From Pseudomonadota bacterium (GTDB lineage Bacteria; Pseudomonadota; Alphaproteobacteria; SMXQ01), in assembly GCA_022566265.1 (NCBI GenBank), contig JADFJG010000001.1:63647-105228 (forward strand): 41,582 bases of DNA, read 5' to 3'. Position 1 is the stretch's first letter. The number at the start of each line of letters is the position of its first letter. The position numbers and the translations under genes were made by a program. Below the pieces are notes generated by a model that worked only from the letters and a program-made list of their open reading frames with translations, ran no database searches and had not been told where the DNA came from. This document shows, piece after piece, positions 1 to 9,449 of the stretch.

Positions 1-762
1 CACCAGCGCCTCGACCACGGCGGGCAGTTGTTCTTCGACGACGAAATCGGCGACCTCGACCGCGCTTACCGGAATGCCGCCGGTGCCGCCGCCGGCGAAC
101 ACCTTGAAGCCGACCTTGCCGTCCTTCCGGGTGGCGATCAGCCCGAGGTCATGGATGTGGGTGGAGGCGCAGTCGGTCTCGCAGCCCGAGACGGTGGTCT
201 TGAACTTGCGCGGCATGTGCTGGACCAGGGGATGGCGGATCCAACTCCGCGCCAGGCGCTGGGCCACCTTGCCGGCATCGACGTGCTCGCGCGGGCAGAC
301 CCCGGCCAACTGGCAGGAATTCATGTTGCGCAGCGAATTGCCGCAGGCCTCCCGGGTGGTGATGCCGCGGTCGCAGAGATATTGCAGCACCTCGGGCGCG
401 TCGTCGGGCGAGATGTAGTAAATCTGGATGGCCTGGCGCGTCGTCAGGTGGAGCTTGGCGCCGGCCCAGCGCCGGTTGGCCTCGGCGACCGCCCGCGCCC
501 CGTCGACATCCATGATGCCGCCCGGGAACTTGATGCGTATCATATGGACGTCGGGCTGCAACTGGCCGTAAACGCCGTAGCGCAGCCGGAAGGGCTGCCA
601 TTTCGAATTGTCCCACACGCCGGACTTGAACTTGCCGTAAGCCTCGCGAAACTCCTCGACATCGGTCTGGAGAGCGAGAGGCTCGGCCGCCAGCACGCCG
701 GCGCCATTGCCGGCGCCATTGCCGGTCCCGGGCCCAGGAATCTCGACGGTCACTTCAGACAT
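1..762 (-). CDS. Nitrite/sulfite reductase (siroheme, 4Fe-4S), N-terminal part; runs off the left edge
   Basis: Manual minus-strand translation from ATG at 762: MSEVTVEIPG...FRLRYGVYGQ...MIRIKFPGG...LHLTTRQAIQ...MPRKFKTTVSGCETDC...HDLGL...GFKVFAGGGTG. These are hallmark NirA/CysI/Sir motifs. Absent from the ORF track because it is truncated. Confidence 0.9.
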   Translation of the reverse strand, partial: MSEVTVEIPGPGTGNGAGNGAGVLAAEPLALQTDVEEFREAYGKFKSGVWDNSKWQPFRLRYGVYGQLQPDVHMIRIKFPGGIMDVDGARAVAEANRRWAGAKLHLTTRQAIQIYYISPDDAPEVLQYLCDRGITTREACGNSLRNMNSCQLAGVCPREHVDAGKVAQRLARSWIRHPLVQHMPRKFKTTVSGCETDCASTHIHDLGLIATRKDGKVGFKVFAGGGTGGIPVSAVEVADFVVEEQLPAVVEALV

Positions 763-814
763 GGCGTTACCCCATAAACACAGTTATTCTTTGTACAATA
801 CCAATTACAACAGA

Positions 815-842
815 ATTATAATGTGGATACACAATTTGTCAA
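815..842 (-). promoter_or_regulatory. sigma70 promoter, TTGACA-16 nt-TATAAT, for the nitrite/sulfite reductase
   Basis: Minus strand reads TTGACA (842-837), aattgtgtatccacat, TATAAT (820-815), about 50 nt upstream of the ATG at 762, in an AT-rich intergenic region. Confidence 0.8.
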
Positions 843-1040
843 TGTTTATTATGTGAAATTCAATAAACCACATAATTATTATGTATAAAGAAATGGCCCG
901 GTTTTCCTGCCCCCCGGCGGCTCTGGTCGGTTCCGCCCGGCGGCCTCCCGGCGCGCCCAAGCCACGTCTTGTGCCCCATCCTGAAAACGCCGATAGTTCC
1001 CGCCTTTCGCCGTGGCCTTCGGGTGTTTATCGCCTTGCCG

Positions 1041-2165
1041 ATGGAGAGCGGGGCGAACGAGACGAGGAGACGAGGATTGGCATCATCGGCACCCCCCGGC
1101 GCCCCGGCGGCGAACGAGGAAGCCGACCGGCGGATCGCCATGTGGCTGTTGGTCTGCGGCGCCATGATCTTCGCCATGGTGGTGATCGGCGGGGTGACGC
1201 GGCTTACCCAGTCGGGGCTTTCCATGGTCGAATGGAAACCCCTCCTCGGCATCCTGCCGCCGCTCGACGACGGCGAATGGCGGCGGCTCTTCCGCGAATA
1301 CCAGCGCTATCCGGAATACTGGGTGCTGAATACCGGCATGACGCTTGACGATTTCAAACGCATCTTCTGGTTCGAGTACACCCACCGGCTGTGGGGCCGG
1401 CTGATCGGTTTGGTGTTTCTCCTCCCCTTCCTCTATTTCCTCAGCCGAGGGCGGATCGGCAAGCGCCTCGGCCTCCATCTGGGGATCATCTTCGCCCTTG
1501 GCGCGCTCCAGGGGGGGCTGGGCTGGTACATGGTCAAGAGCGGCTTGGTCAAAGACCCGGCCGTCAGCCAGTACCGCCTGGCGGCGCATCTTGGGGCCGC
1601 CTTCGCGATCTACGCCTATATCCTGTGGATCGCGCTCGGCCTCCTCGCCGGCCGGGCGGCGCGGGCGCGGGGGGCCGGGGTCCGGGGATCGAACCCGGGG
1701 TTGAAGCGGTTGGCGATCTTCGTCGTCGCCTTGGTTTCCCTTACCGTGATGTCCGGCGCCTTCGTCGCCGGGATCGACGCCGGGCTCGGCTACAACACCT
1801 TCCCCCTCATGGGCGGGCAATGGGTGCCGGACGAAATCTTCCTCCTCGACCCGCCGATCGCCAATTTCTTCGAGAACGCCGCCACCGTACAGTTCAACCA
1901 CCGCGTGCTTGGCATCCTTACCCTCGCCGCCGTCATCCTCTTGTGGCTGGTATCACGGCGTTTCGAATTGCCGCCGCGCGCCCGCCTGGCCCTCGACCTC
2001 ACCCTGGCCATGGCCGTTCTCCAGCCGGGGCTCGGCATCGCCACCTTGTTGCTGGCCGTTCCCGTTGCCCTCGCCGCCGCCCATCAGGCCGGCGCCCTGG
2101 CGCTCTTCACGCTGGCGCTGGTGGCGGTCCACGAGCTGTTTGCGGCGAAACCCGACACCCCGTAA
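1041..2165 (+). CDS. ctaA: Heme A synthase (COX15/CtaA type 2)
   Basis: GGVTRLTQSGLSMVEWKP, FWFEYTHRLWGR, QGGLGWYMVKSGL, VQFNHR and AHQ motifs; multiple TM helices. Start codon uncertain (969-1077). Confidence 0.93.
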   Translation: MESGANETRRRGLASSAPPGAPAANEEADRRIAMWLLVCGAMIFAMVVIGGVTRLTQSGLSMVEWKPLLGILPPLDDGEWRRLFREYQRYPEYWVLNTGMTLDDFKRIFWFEYTHRLWGRLIGLVFLLPFLYFLSRGRIGKRLGLHLGIIFALGALQGGLGWYMVKSGLVKDPAVSQYRLAAHLGAAFAIYAYILWIALGLLAGRAARARGAGVRGSNPGLKRLAIFVVALVSLTVMSGAFVAGIDAGLGYNTFPLMGGQWVPDEIFLLDPPIANFFENAATVQFNHRVLGILTLAAVILLWLVSRRFELPPRARLALDLTLAMAVLQPGLGIATLLLAVPVALAAAHQAGALALFTLALVAVHELFAAKPDTP

Positions 2166-2255
2166 CAACGCTTTGCTTCACCGCCGGAGCATGGCAAGAT
2201 CACGCCCTTGATTGCGAAATTGTCCGGACGAGACATAAACATCGGGGAGGTTCGA

Positions 2256-3254
2256 ATGCGGACATTGCTTCTTGCCATCATCGGCGCGCTGGCGGTTCTT
2301 GGCGGACCGGCCGGCGCCCAGCCCTATAATTTGACGCTTAGCGGGGCGAGCCCTGGCGGCCTGTGGTCGACCATCGGCGTCGGCATCGACGCGGCAATCG
2401 CGGCGGCCTATCCCGGCTCGACCATCACCTACCAGACATCTTCGGGCGGCCTCGCCAACGTGTCCTTGGTCGCCAGCGGCAAGGTGCCCATGGGCATCGC
2501 CGCCGACATGGAGCTGACGGCGGCCTACATGGGACGCAAGCCCTTCAAGGCGCCGATCAAGAACGTCCGGGTCCTGCTCAGGACCTACGGCGCCTCGGCC
2601 CGCTTCCAGATGACCCATGTGCTGTTGAACAAGTCCTTCGCCGACAAGCACGGCATCAAGGTATTTTCCGACATCGTCGCCAAGAAGGTACCGCTGCGCG
2701 TGGCCATCAACCGGCGCGGCAACATGGACGGCGATATCAGCGCCATGATGTTGGCCGGCATGGGCGCCAGCCTCAAGAACATCGAGAAATGGGGCGGTCA
2801 GGTGGTGCGCGCCGCCTCGCGCGAGATCGTCTCGCTGATGCTCGACCGGCGCATCGACATGGCCCATTTCGGCATCGCCTACCGCCACCCCCGGGTGCGC
2901 GAGATCGCCAAGGGCATCACGCCGGTATTCTTGGACACATCTTTCAGCGTCGCCCAGAAGGTGGCGGACTTCATGGGCGGCAAGGTCTGCCTGGTCAAGG
3001 CGGAAGAGTACGAGTTCCTCGATCGGAACGTGACGACGGTGTGCGTCGGCACCGTCATCCTGGTGAACGAGAACATGGACGAAGCAACGGCCTACAACCT
3101 GACCAAGGGGATCCTGACCAACATCGACAAGTTCAAGGCGGCGCATCGGTTGCTCAAGAAGAAGGTCACCAAGCAGATGATGGCCGATCCCGCGGTCGTC
3201 CCGTTCCATCCCGGCGCCGCGAAATATCTGCGCGAGGCCGGGCTTTTGCGGTAA
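2256..3254 (+). CDS. TAXI-family TRAP transporter solute-binding protein
   Basis: Signal peptide after a GGAGG RBS; GASPGGLW, SSGGLANV and C-terminal VPFHPGAAKYLRE motifs; adjacent to a fused TRAP permease. Confidence 0.9.
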   Translation: MRTLLLAIIGALAVLGGPAGAQPYNLTLSGASPGGLWSTIGVGIDAAIAAAYPGSTITYQTSSGGLANVSLVASGKVPMGIAADMELTAAYMGRKPFKAPIKNVRVLLRTYGASARFQMTHVLLNKSFADKHGIKVFSDIVAKKVPLRVAINRRGNMDGDISAMMLAGMGASLKNIEKWGGQVVRAASREIVSLMLDRRIDMAHFGIAYRHPRVREIAKGITPVFLDTSFSVAQKVADFMGGKVCLVKAEEYEFLDRNVTTVCVGTVILVNENMDEATAYNLTKGILTNIDKFKAAHRLLKKKVTKQMMADPAVVPFHPGAAKYLREAGLLR

Positions 3255-3261
3255 GGCGCCA

Positions 3262-3315
3262 AGGCGCGGCGCCGGCGCGGTCAGCGGGGGAACCCTGACC
3301 GCCGACGCCGCGCCT
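3262..3315 (+). other. Intergenic GC-rich stem-loop between the TAXI binding protein and the permease
   Basis: aggcgcggcg (3262-3271) pairs with cgccgcgcct (3306-3315); gcggtcag (3277-3284) pairs with ctgaccgc (3295-3302). No U-tract. Confidence 0.6.
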
Positions 3316-3382
3316 GGCGGCCGCGGGTAACTGCCTTCGGATGCATCACCCCCCCAACGAAAGTAAGTACTAGGGGCGCACG

Positions 3383-5305
3383 ATGGCGCGGTTGAGGCTG
3401 TTCGCCCCCGACACCTGGTTTTCGGTCGGCGTCCGCCGGCGGCCCAAGGGCCGGCTCGCCTGGCTGATCACGCCGTTCGCCGCGGCGATCGCCGTCTACG
3501 TGCTGCTGGCGGCGGCGGTCATCATCATCGCTCCCTGGACCCTTACGGCGATTTTCCTTTGCGGCATGCTGGCGCTGGCCTTCCTTACCGTCGGCGCCTT
3601 TGCCGATTCCGACGCCGAGCGGCCATCGAAGATCGACTGGGCGCTCTCGGGCTTGAGCCTCGCCGTCGGCATCTATTTCGCGATCAACGCCGCCGCCATC
3701 GTCGATCGCATCTCGCTTCTCGATCCGCTTTCCGGGTGGGACCTGCTGTTCGCCACCGCGCTCTTCCTGTTGACCCTGGAGGTGACGCGGCGCACCACCG
3801 GCCTCGGGTTGACCGTCGTCGTGCTGATCTTCGTCGCCTACAACTTCCTCGGCCATATGCTGGGCGGCGTGCTCGGGCACGGCTACATAGACTACCGGCA
3901 CTTCATCGACATCATGGTGTTCACCACCGATGGCATCCTCGGCCTGCCGGTGCGCGTCGCCGCGACCTACGCCTTCCTGTTCGTCCTCTTCGGCACCGTG
4001 CTTGGCTTCGCCGGCGGCGGCGACTTCTTCTTCGACATCGCCGCCGTGATCAGCGGCCGCCGGCCGGGGGGGCCGGCGAAGATCGCCGTCATCTCCTCGG
4101 GCCTTTTCGGCATGATCTCGGGCAGTCCCACCTCCGACGTGGTGACCACCGGCTCGATCACCATTCCGATCATGCGCCGGCTCGGCTATCACCGCGCGCT
4201 GGCGGGCGCGGTCGAGGTCGCGGCCTCCACGGGCGGTTCCCTGGTGCCCCCGGTGATGGGCTCGGCGGCCTTCATCATGGCCGAATATACCGGCATCGAG
4301 TATCGCGACATCGCCATCGCCGCCCTCCTGCCGGCGCTGCTCTATTACGTCTGCGTCTACGCCCAGGTCCACTTCCTCTCGCTCAAGATCGGCTTGGCGC
4401 GACTGGACGAGGACCAGGTTCCCAGGCTTTGGACGACGCTGCGTCGTGGCGGGCTGTTCTTCGTGCCGCTGGTGGTGCTGACGGCGTTCCTGCTCGCCGG
4501 TTATACGCCGACGATGGCGGCGGTGTGGGGCACGGTGTCGATCCTCGCCGTCGCCGGCTTGCGGAAGCACTCGCGCGTCGGGCCGGTCAAGCTGTTCAAG
4601 GCGCTGGCCGAGACCAGCTACCGCATGGTGCCGGTGGCCGGGGCCTGCGCCGCCGCCGGACTGGTCATCGCCGGCATCACCATGACCGGACTGGCGCTCA
4701 AATTCGCCCACGTGATCTACGCCATCACCGACGCCCAGGTCTTCCCCTCGCTGCTCATCGCCGCCGCCCTGACCATCGTGCTCGGCCTCGGCATGCCGAC
4801 GCCGAGCGCCTATGTCCTCGCCGCCGTCCTGCTGGGGCCGCTGCTCGCCGATCTCGAGGTGCCGGTGTTATCGGCCCATCTGTTCCTGCTCTATTACGCG
4901 GTGATGTCGGCGATCACGCCGCCGGTGGCGGTGGCGGCCTACGCCGCCTCGTCCCTCGCCGAGGCCAATCCGCTCCATATCGCCGTCCTCGCGGTACGCC
5001 TGGCGCTGGCCGCCTTCATCGTGCCATTCGCCTTCGTCTACGGGCCGGAGCTGTTGCTCGTCGGCTCGGCGGGCGGCATCGCCGTCGCCTTCGCGACCGC
5101 GGTCGCCGGCGTCATCTGCCTGGCGCTGGCGGTCGAGGGTTACTGGAGAAGCGCCCTTCCCTGGTGGGCGCGGGGGTTGCTGACGGCCGCCGGGGGCTGT
5201 TTCCTGGCGCCGTGGACTCTCGGTATCCTCATCGGCGCCGCCCTCGCCGCCATCGCCCTGGCGTCGTCCACGGATCGGTGGCGAACCCGCCGCGGTGAGG
5301 CGTGA
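3383..5305 (+). CDS. TRAP transporter 4TM/12TM fused permease (TAXI type)
   Basis: GGPAKIAVISSGLFGMISGS, EVAASTGGSLVPPVMGSAAFIMAE, LGLGMPTPSAY and SAITPPVAVAAY motifs. Confidence 0.93.
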   Translation: MARLRLFAPDTWFSVGVRRRPKGRLAWLITPFAAAIAVYVLLAAAVIIIAPWTLTAIFLCGMLALAFLTVGAFADSDAERPSKIDWALSGLSLAVGIYFAINAAAIVDRISLLDPLSGWDLLFATALFLLTLEVTRRTTGLGLTVVVLIFVAYNFLGHMLGGVLGHGYIDYRHFIDIMVFTTDGILGLPVRVAATYAFLFVLFGTVLGFAGGGDFFFDIAAVISGRRPGGPAKIAVISSGLFGMISGSPTSDVVTTGSITIPIMRRLGYHRALAGAVEVAASTGGSLVPPVMGSAAFIMAEYTGIEYRDIAIAALLPALLYYVCVYAQVHFLSLKIGLARLDEDQVPRLWTTLRRGGLFFVPLVVLTAFLLAGYTPTMAAVWGTVSILAVAGLRKHSRVGPVKLFKALAETSYRMVPVAGACAAAGLVIAGITMTGLALKFAHVIYAITDAQVFPSLLIAAALTIVLGLGMPTPSAYVLAAVLLGPLLADLEVPVLSAHLFLLYYAVMSAITPPVAVAAYAASSLAEANPLHIAVLAVRLALAAFIVPFAFVYGPELLLVGSAGGIAVAFATAVAGVICLALAVEGYWRSALPWWARGLLTAAGGCFLAPWTLGILIGAALAAIALASSTDRWRTRRGEA

Positions 5306-5362
5306 GGCGCGCAATTGATCGTTTGATCTCTATGCTTTTCGCGCCTTTGGCATTAGAATCGG

Positions 5363-6598
5363 GTGATGAACGAGCCCTTGCCCTATAAATGGCCCGAGGA
5401 GGGAAACAGCAGGATCCCTTACTGGGTCTATTCCGATCCCAGGGTCTATGAGAGGGAGCAGGAGCGGGTCTTCGGCGGCGCCTCTTACAGCTTCGTCGCG
5501 CTCGAAGCGGATATCCCCAATCCCGGCGATTTCAAGCGCACCAGGATCGGCGACAGGCCGGTCGTCGTCGTTCGCGATACCGACGGCGGCGTCAACGTCC
5601 TGGTCAACCGCTGCGCCCATCGCGGCGCCCGATATTGCTACCGCGAACACGGCAACGCCAAGGAGTTCACCTGCCCCTATCACCAGTGGACCTACGACCT
5701 CACCGGCGCCCTTACCGGCGTTCCGTTCCGCCACGGGGTCAAGAAGCAGGGCGGCATGCCCGACGATTTCAAGCTCGAGGACCATCACCTCGAGGCCCTG
5801 AAGTGCGCCCTTAGGGGCGGCGTTATCTTCGCCTCCTTCGATCACTCCATGCCCGCGTTCGAGGATTATCTCGGGCCCAAGATGCTGGGCTACTTCGACC
5901 GGGTGTTCGACGGGCGCGAGCTCGGCATCCTGGGCTATTCGCGCCAGCGCATGCGGGCCAACTGGAAGCTCATGTTCGAGAACCTCAAGGACCCCTATCA
6001 CGCCAGCCTGCTGCACGTCTTCCTGGTCTCCTTCGGGCTGTTCAGGGCCGACAACCCCTCCCAGGTCCAGATGGACGAGAAGACCGGCATGCACTCGGTC
6101 CAGGTCTCGCGCCGCGGCGAGCAGAAGGCCTCCGAGGGGACGCGGGAAATGCGCCAGTTCGACCAGGAACTCCGGCTTCACAACCCGGAGATGCTTCAAC
6201 CCGTGCCCGAGTTCCCCGGCGACGCCACGGTGGTCATGCAGACGATCTGGCCCAACCTCATCGTCCAGCAGCAGTCCAATACGCTGGCCATGCGCCAGAT
6301 CCAGACCCTGGATGCCGAGACGTTCGAGCTGCACTGGACCTTCTTCGGTTACGCCGATGACGATGACGCGATGACGATGAGGCGTTTGCGCCAGGCCAAC
6401 CTGATGGGTCCGGCCGGTTTCGTCTCGGTCGATGACAGCGAGGTGATGGAGGCGGCCCAGTTCGGCCTCGGCAAATATCCCGACTCCGAGGCGGTGGTCG
6501 AGATGGGCGGTCGCGGCGTCGAGGACCAGGACCACATGGTCACCGAAGTGTCGATCCGGGCGTTCTACGATCACTACCGCAATGTCATGGGCTTTTGA
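5363..6598 (+). CDS. Rieske ring-hydroxylating oxygenase alpha subunit, salicylate hydroxylase (NagG)-like
   Basis: Rieske motif CAHRG...CPYHQW; mononuclear Fe motif ENLKDPYHASLLH; RRLRQANLMGPAGFVS and DHMVTE segments recall NagG-class enzymes. Confidence 0.9.
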   Translation: MMNEPLPYKWPEEGNSRIPYWVYSDPRVYEREQERVFGGASYSFVALEADIPNPGDFKRTRIGDRPVVVVRDTDGGVNVLVNRCAHRGARYCYREHGNAKEFTCPYHQWTYDLTGALTGVPFRHGVKKQGGMPDDFKLEDHHLEALKCALRGGVIFASFDHSMPAFEDYLGPKMLGYFDRVFDGRELGILGYSRQRMRANWKLMFENLKDPYHASLLHVFLVSFGLFRADNPSQVQMDEKTGMHSVQVSRRGEQKASEGTREMRQFDQELRLHNPEMLQPVPEFPGDATVVMQTIWPNLIVQQQSNTLAMRQIQTLDAETFELHWTFFGYADDDDAMTMRRLRQANLMGPAGFVSVDDSEVMEAAQFGLGKYPDSEAVVEMGGRGVEDQDHMVTEVSIRAFYDHYRNVMGF

Positions 6599-6631
6599 CC
6601 CGGTAATGGCGCGGCAAAGGCGGCGGTAAGG

Positions 6632-7111
6632 ATGACGGACGATCCACGCTTGTTGCGCTACGAAGTCGAGGAGTTGTTTTTTGCCTATGTCGAGTGTCTC
6701 GACGAGGGCGAGATCGAACGCTGGCCCGATTTCTTCACCGAGGATTGCCTCTACAAGATCATCTCGCGGGAGAACTTCGAACGCGGACTGCCGCTCGCAG
6801 CCATGCTGTGCGAGGGCAGGGGCGGGCTCATGGACCGGGTCGTCAGCGTGACCACGACCAGCGTCTATCACGACCGGGCGCTGCGGCACCTCCTCAGCAA
6901 CATCCGCGTCAAGGGGGTGGCCAACGGCGTCATCGACGTCCAGGCCAATTACGCCGTGCTCGAGACCCTGACCAACGAGTTCACCACGGTGTTCAACGCC
7001 GGCAAGTATCTCGACAAGCTGGTGCGCCAGGGCGACGGCCTCAAGTTCAAGGAAAAGCTCTGCGTCTTCGATTCGGTGATGGTGCCGACCTCGCTGATCT
7101 TCCCGATCTGA
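6632..7111 (+). CDS. Ring-hydroxylating oxygenase beta subunit (NagH-like)
   Basis: WPDFFTEDCLYKIISRENFERGLPL, ANYAVL, GKYLDK and C-terminal SLIFPI; directly follows the alpha subunit. Confidence 0.9.
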   Translation: MTDDPRLLRYEVEELFFAYVECLDEGEIERWPDFFTEDCLYKIISRENFERGLPLAAMLCEGRGGLMDRVVSVTTTSVYHDRALRHLLSNIRVKGVANGVIDVQANYAVLETLTNEFTTVFNAGKYLDKLVRQGDGLKFKEKLCVFDSVMVPTSLIFPI

Positions 7112-7130
7112 GCTTCGTGTCCACGCCCGG

Positions 7131-7184
7131 GCCTGGGCTTCACGGCGGCGTTACTCGATAGTCCGCCTGGGCTTCGCGGCGGCG
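7131..7184. repeat. 20-bp direct repeat (2 copies, 1 mismatch) between convergent genes
   Basis: gcctgggcttcacggcggcg (7131-7150) and gcctgggcttcgcggcggcg (7165-7184). Confidence 0.7.
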
Positions 7185-7224
7185 AGACAGGCTGGGTCAG
7201 TCTCCCCGCCCGCCCTGACGGTGC

Positions 7225-8730
7225 CTATACCGCCGGGGTGCCTGTCGCCGCGGCCCCGGCTACATGCACGATGCGCTCGGAGGGGAAGCGCACCGTCACC
7301 GTGGTGCCGGCCCCTTCCTCGCTCTGCAGGTCGAGCGAGCCGCCATGCATCTCGGCCAGCGACTTGGCCAGCGGCAGGCCGAGGCCCGTTCCCCCGTATT
7401 TGCGCGCCAGCGTGCTGTCGACCTGCCCGAAGGGCGAGAGCGCCGTCGGGATGTCCGCAAGGGCGATGCCGATGCCGTTGTCGATGACCTGGAAGACATA
7501 ACCGGAATCCTCCCGCCACCAGGCCTTGAGGGTGACCTCGCCGGCGGCGGACGTGAACTTGACCGCGTTGGACAACAGGTTGACCAGGATCTGCTTGAGC
7601 TTGCGCGCATCCGCGTGAAGCACCGGAAGGTCTTGGGGAATATCCGTCTTGAGCTTCACACCACTGTTCTCGGCGCGCTCCTTCACCAGCACCATGCAGG
7701 CCCGGATGGTCATGGCGACGTCGATGTCCTCCTCGTCCAGCTCGAGCCTGCCGGTCTCGATCTTGGAGAGGTCCAGGATGTCTTGGATCAGCGCCAGCAA
7801 ATGGCGGCCGGAAGCGTTGATGTCCCTGGTGTACTCCTCGTATTTGGAATTGCCCAGCGGACCGAGCGTGGCGTTGCCCATCAACTCGGAGAAGCCGAGG
7901 ATGGCGTTCAACGGCGTGCGCAGCTCGTGGCTCATATTGGCCAGGAACTCGGACTTGGTGCGGTTGGCGAGCTCCGCCTGTTCCTTGGCTTCACGCATTT
8001 CCTCCGCCTCCCGCCGGCGCGAGGTGATGTCACTGATGGACCCGGCCATGCGCCGGGGGTTGCCTTGTTCGTCCCATATCGCCTGGCCCTTCGAGTGGAT
8101 CCAAACATAGTGGCCGTCCTTGTGGCGCAAGCGGAATTCCGCGTCGTAGGGAACCCGCGCATCGAGATGGGTACGCACCGCCGCCATCACCTGATCTCGA
8201 TCATCCGGGTGCAGCGCATCGGCGAATGTCTGCCTGACGTTGTCGAGCTCATGGTCCTCATATCCGAGAATCTGTTTCCAGCGCGGCGAGAAATAACTTT
8301 GATTGCTCTGGATATTCCAGTCCCACAAACCCTCGTTCGTCCCCGAAACCGCGACGGCATAGCGTTCCTCGCTGTCCCGCAGTTTTTCGACGACGCGGGC
8401 CGTGTTCTTGTTGGTCGCGGCGAAGCCGAATGAAATGGCGCCGATTCCGAACAGCTCGACGATCCAGAAGGAATTGAGATGCACGTCCCTCATCACCGCC
8501 ATCGCCTGGATTTTCGGCATGAACAGCGGGAACACGTACATCGTCACCAGATCCGCGACATAGAACAGGGCGATCAGGAACAGACCCAAGACGACGGAAA
8601 TAAGGCCGATGGAGGCCATCGAGAGTGAGAAATTTCGCTGGTGGGAGACGAAGACGTAAAGGCAATACCCGACGCTCCCGATGATCAGGAGGTCGGTGAT
8701 CGTCATCAAGGTGACTGATTCCCCGATCAT
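7225..8730 (-). CDS. Membrane-anchored PAS-domain sensor histidine kinase (PleC/DivJ-like H-box)
   Basis: N-terminal TM helices; PAS_3 (GLWDWN...HPDD...FRLRHKDG); H-box KSEFLANMSHELRTPLNAILGFSE; N box NLLSNAVKFT; G boxes DNGIGI and GTGLGL. Confidence 0.92.
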   Translation of the reverse strand: MIGESVTLMTITDLLIIGSVGYCLYVFVSHQRNFSLSMASIGLISVVLGLFLIALFYVADLVTMYVFPLFMPKIQAMAVMRDVHLNSFWIVELFGIGAISFGFAATNKNTARVVEKLRDSEERYAVAVSGTNEGLWDWNIQSNQSYFSPRWKQILGYEDHELDNVRQTFADALHPDDRDQVMAAVRTHLDARVPYDAEFRLRHKDGHYVWIHSKGQAIWDEQGNPRRMAGSISDITSRRREAEEMREAKEQAELANRTKSEFLANMSHELRTPLNAILGFSELMGNATLGPLGNSKYEEYTRDINASGRHLLALIQDILDLSKIETGRLELDEEDIDVAMTIRACMVLVKERAENSGVKLKTDIPQDLPVLHADARKLKQILVNLLSNAVKFTSAAGEVTLKAWWREDSGYVFQVIDNGIGIALADIPTALSPFGQVDSTLARKYGGTGLGLPLAKSLAEMHGGSLDLQSEEGAGTTVTVRFPSERIVHVAGAAATGTPAV

Positions 8731-8984
8731 GGAAATTTTGGGTCCGGGCCCTCGCGCTCAGCCAGACTGTGGGATGTCGGGCGATATACAACTAGACGGA
8801 TGTAAATAATTTATTAACCATATCGGACGCCGGGCATTCCAAGCCCACGGCCTTCGGTGTTTCGCCGGGAAAATGGCTAGAAAACGGGTCTGAACAGGGG
8901 ATCGAGCCTTGCCGCGGGTTGTCATTCGATGCCGATTCATGCTAATCTATCAGGAACTTGGGGTGCGTCCTATGGGAGGTTCCG

Positions 8985-9431
8985 ATGATCCCGATGTTCG
9001 GTCATAGAGGCCGCGGTTCGGTCAAATCAGGCGTCATCACGGCGATATCCATGCCCTTCCTGGTCCTGATCCTGGTGGCGGCGCTGGCCTTCCCGGCGAT
9101 GGCGCAAGGCAAGGGACTCGGCACAGGCAAGGGAGTGGCTACGGGTAAAGGCCTGACCACGGGTCAGGGGGTGGCAATCGGCAAGGGTCTCGCGACGGGC
9201 AGGGGTTCGGCCGACGCCGCGGTGCGTATTCTCGACGCCGTCGGCGCCGCCACCGGCACCGTCGGCACCGGTGGAGGCTTGCCGCCCGGGCTCGCCAAGC
9301 AAAACCCGCTGCCACACGGATTGGCCAAGCGCGGCGGCAACCTGCCCTATGGGCTCGCCAAGGGTCACGCCGTGCCGCCCGGTCTGGCCAAGCGGGGCGG
9401 CAATCTGCCGCCGGGGCTGAGGCGCCGCTAG
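8985..9431 (+). CDS. Hypothetical secreted low-complexity protein with GxG(L/V)xT and PxGLAK repeats
   Basis: GGAGG RBS before ATG 8985; hydrophobic signal ending AMA/Q; two blocks of internal peptide repeats. Confidence 0.7.
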   Translation: MIPMFGHRGRGSVKSGVITAISMPFLVLILVAALAFPAMAQGKGLGTGKGVATGKGLTTGQGVAIGKGLATGRGSADAAVRILDAVGAATGTVGTGGGLPPGLAKQNPLPHGLAKRGGNLPYGLAKGHAVPPGLAKRGGNLPPGLRRR

Positions 9432-9449
9432 CCCCCGAGCGCGCGGCGC

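Noticed and set aside
697-725. 12-bp tandem repeat gccggcgccatt
   Set aside because: In-frame duplication encoding a GNGA linker in the variable N-terminus of the reductase; probably neutral.
28-777. 249-aa plus-strand ORF
   Set aside because: Antisense shadow of the nitrite/sulfite reductase, which carries the recognisable motifs.
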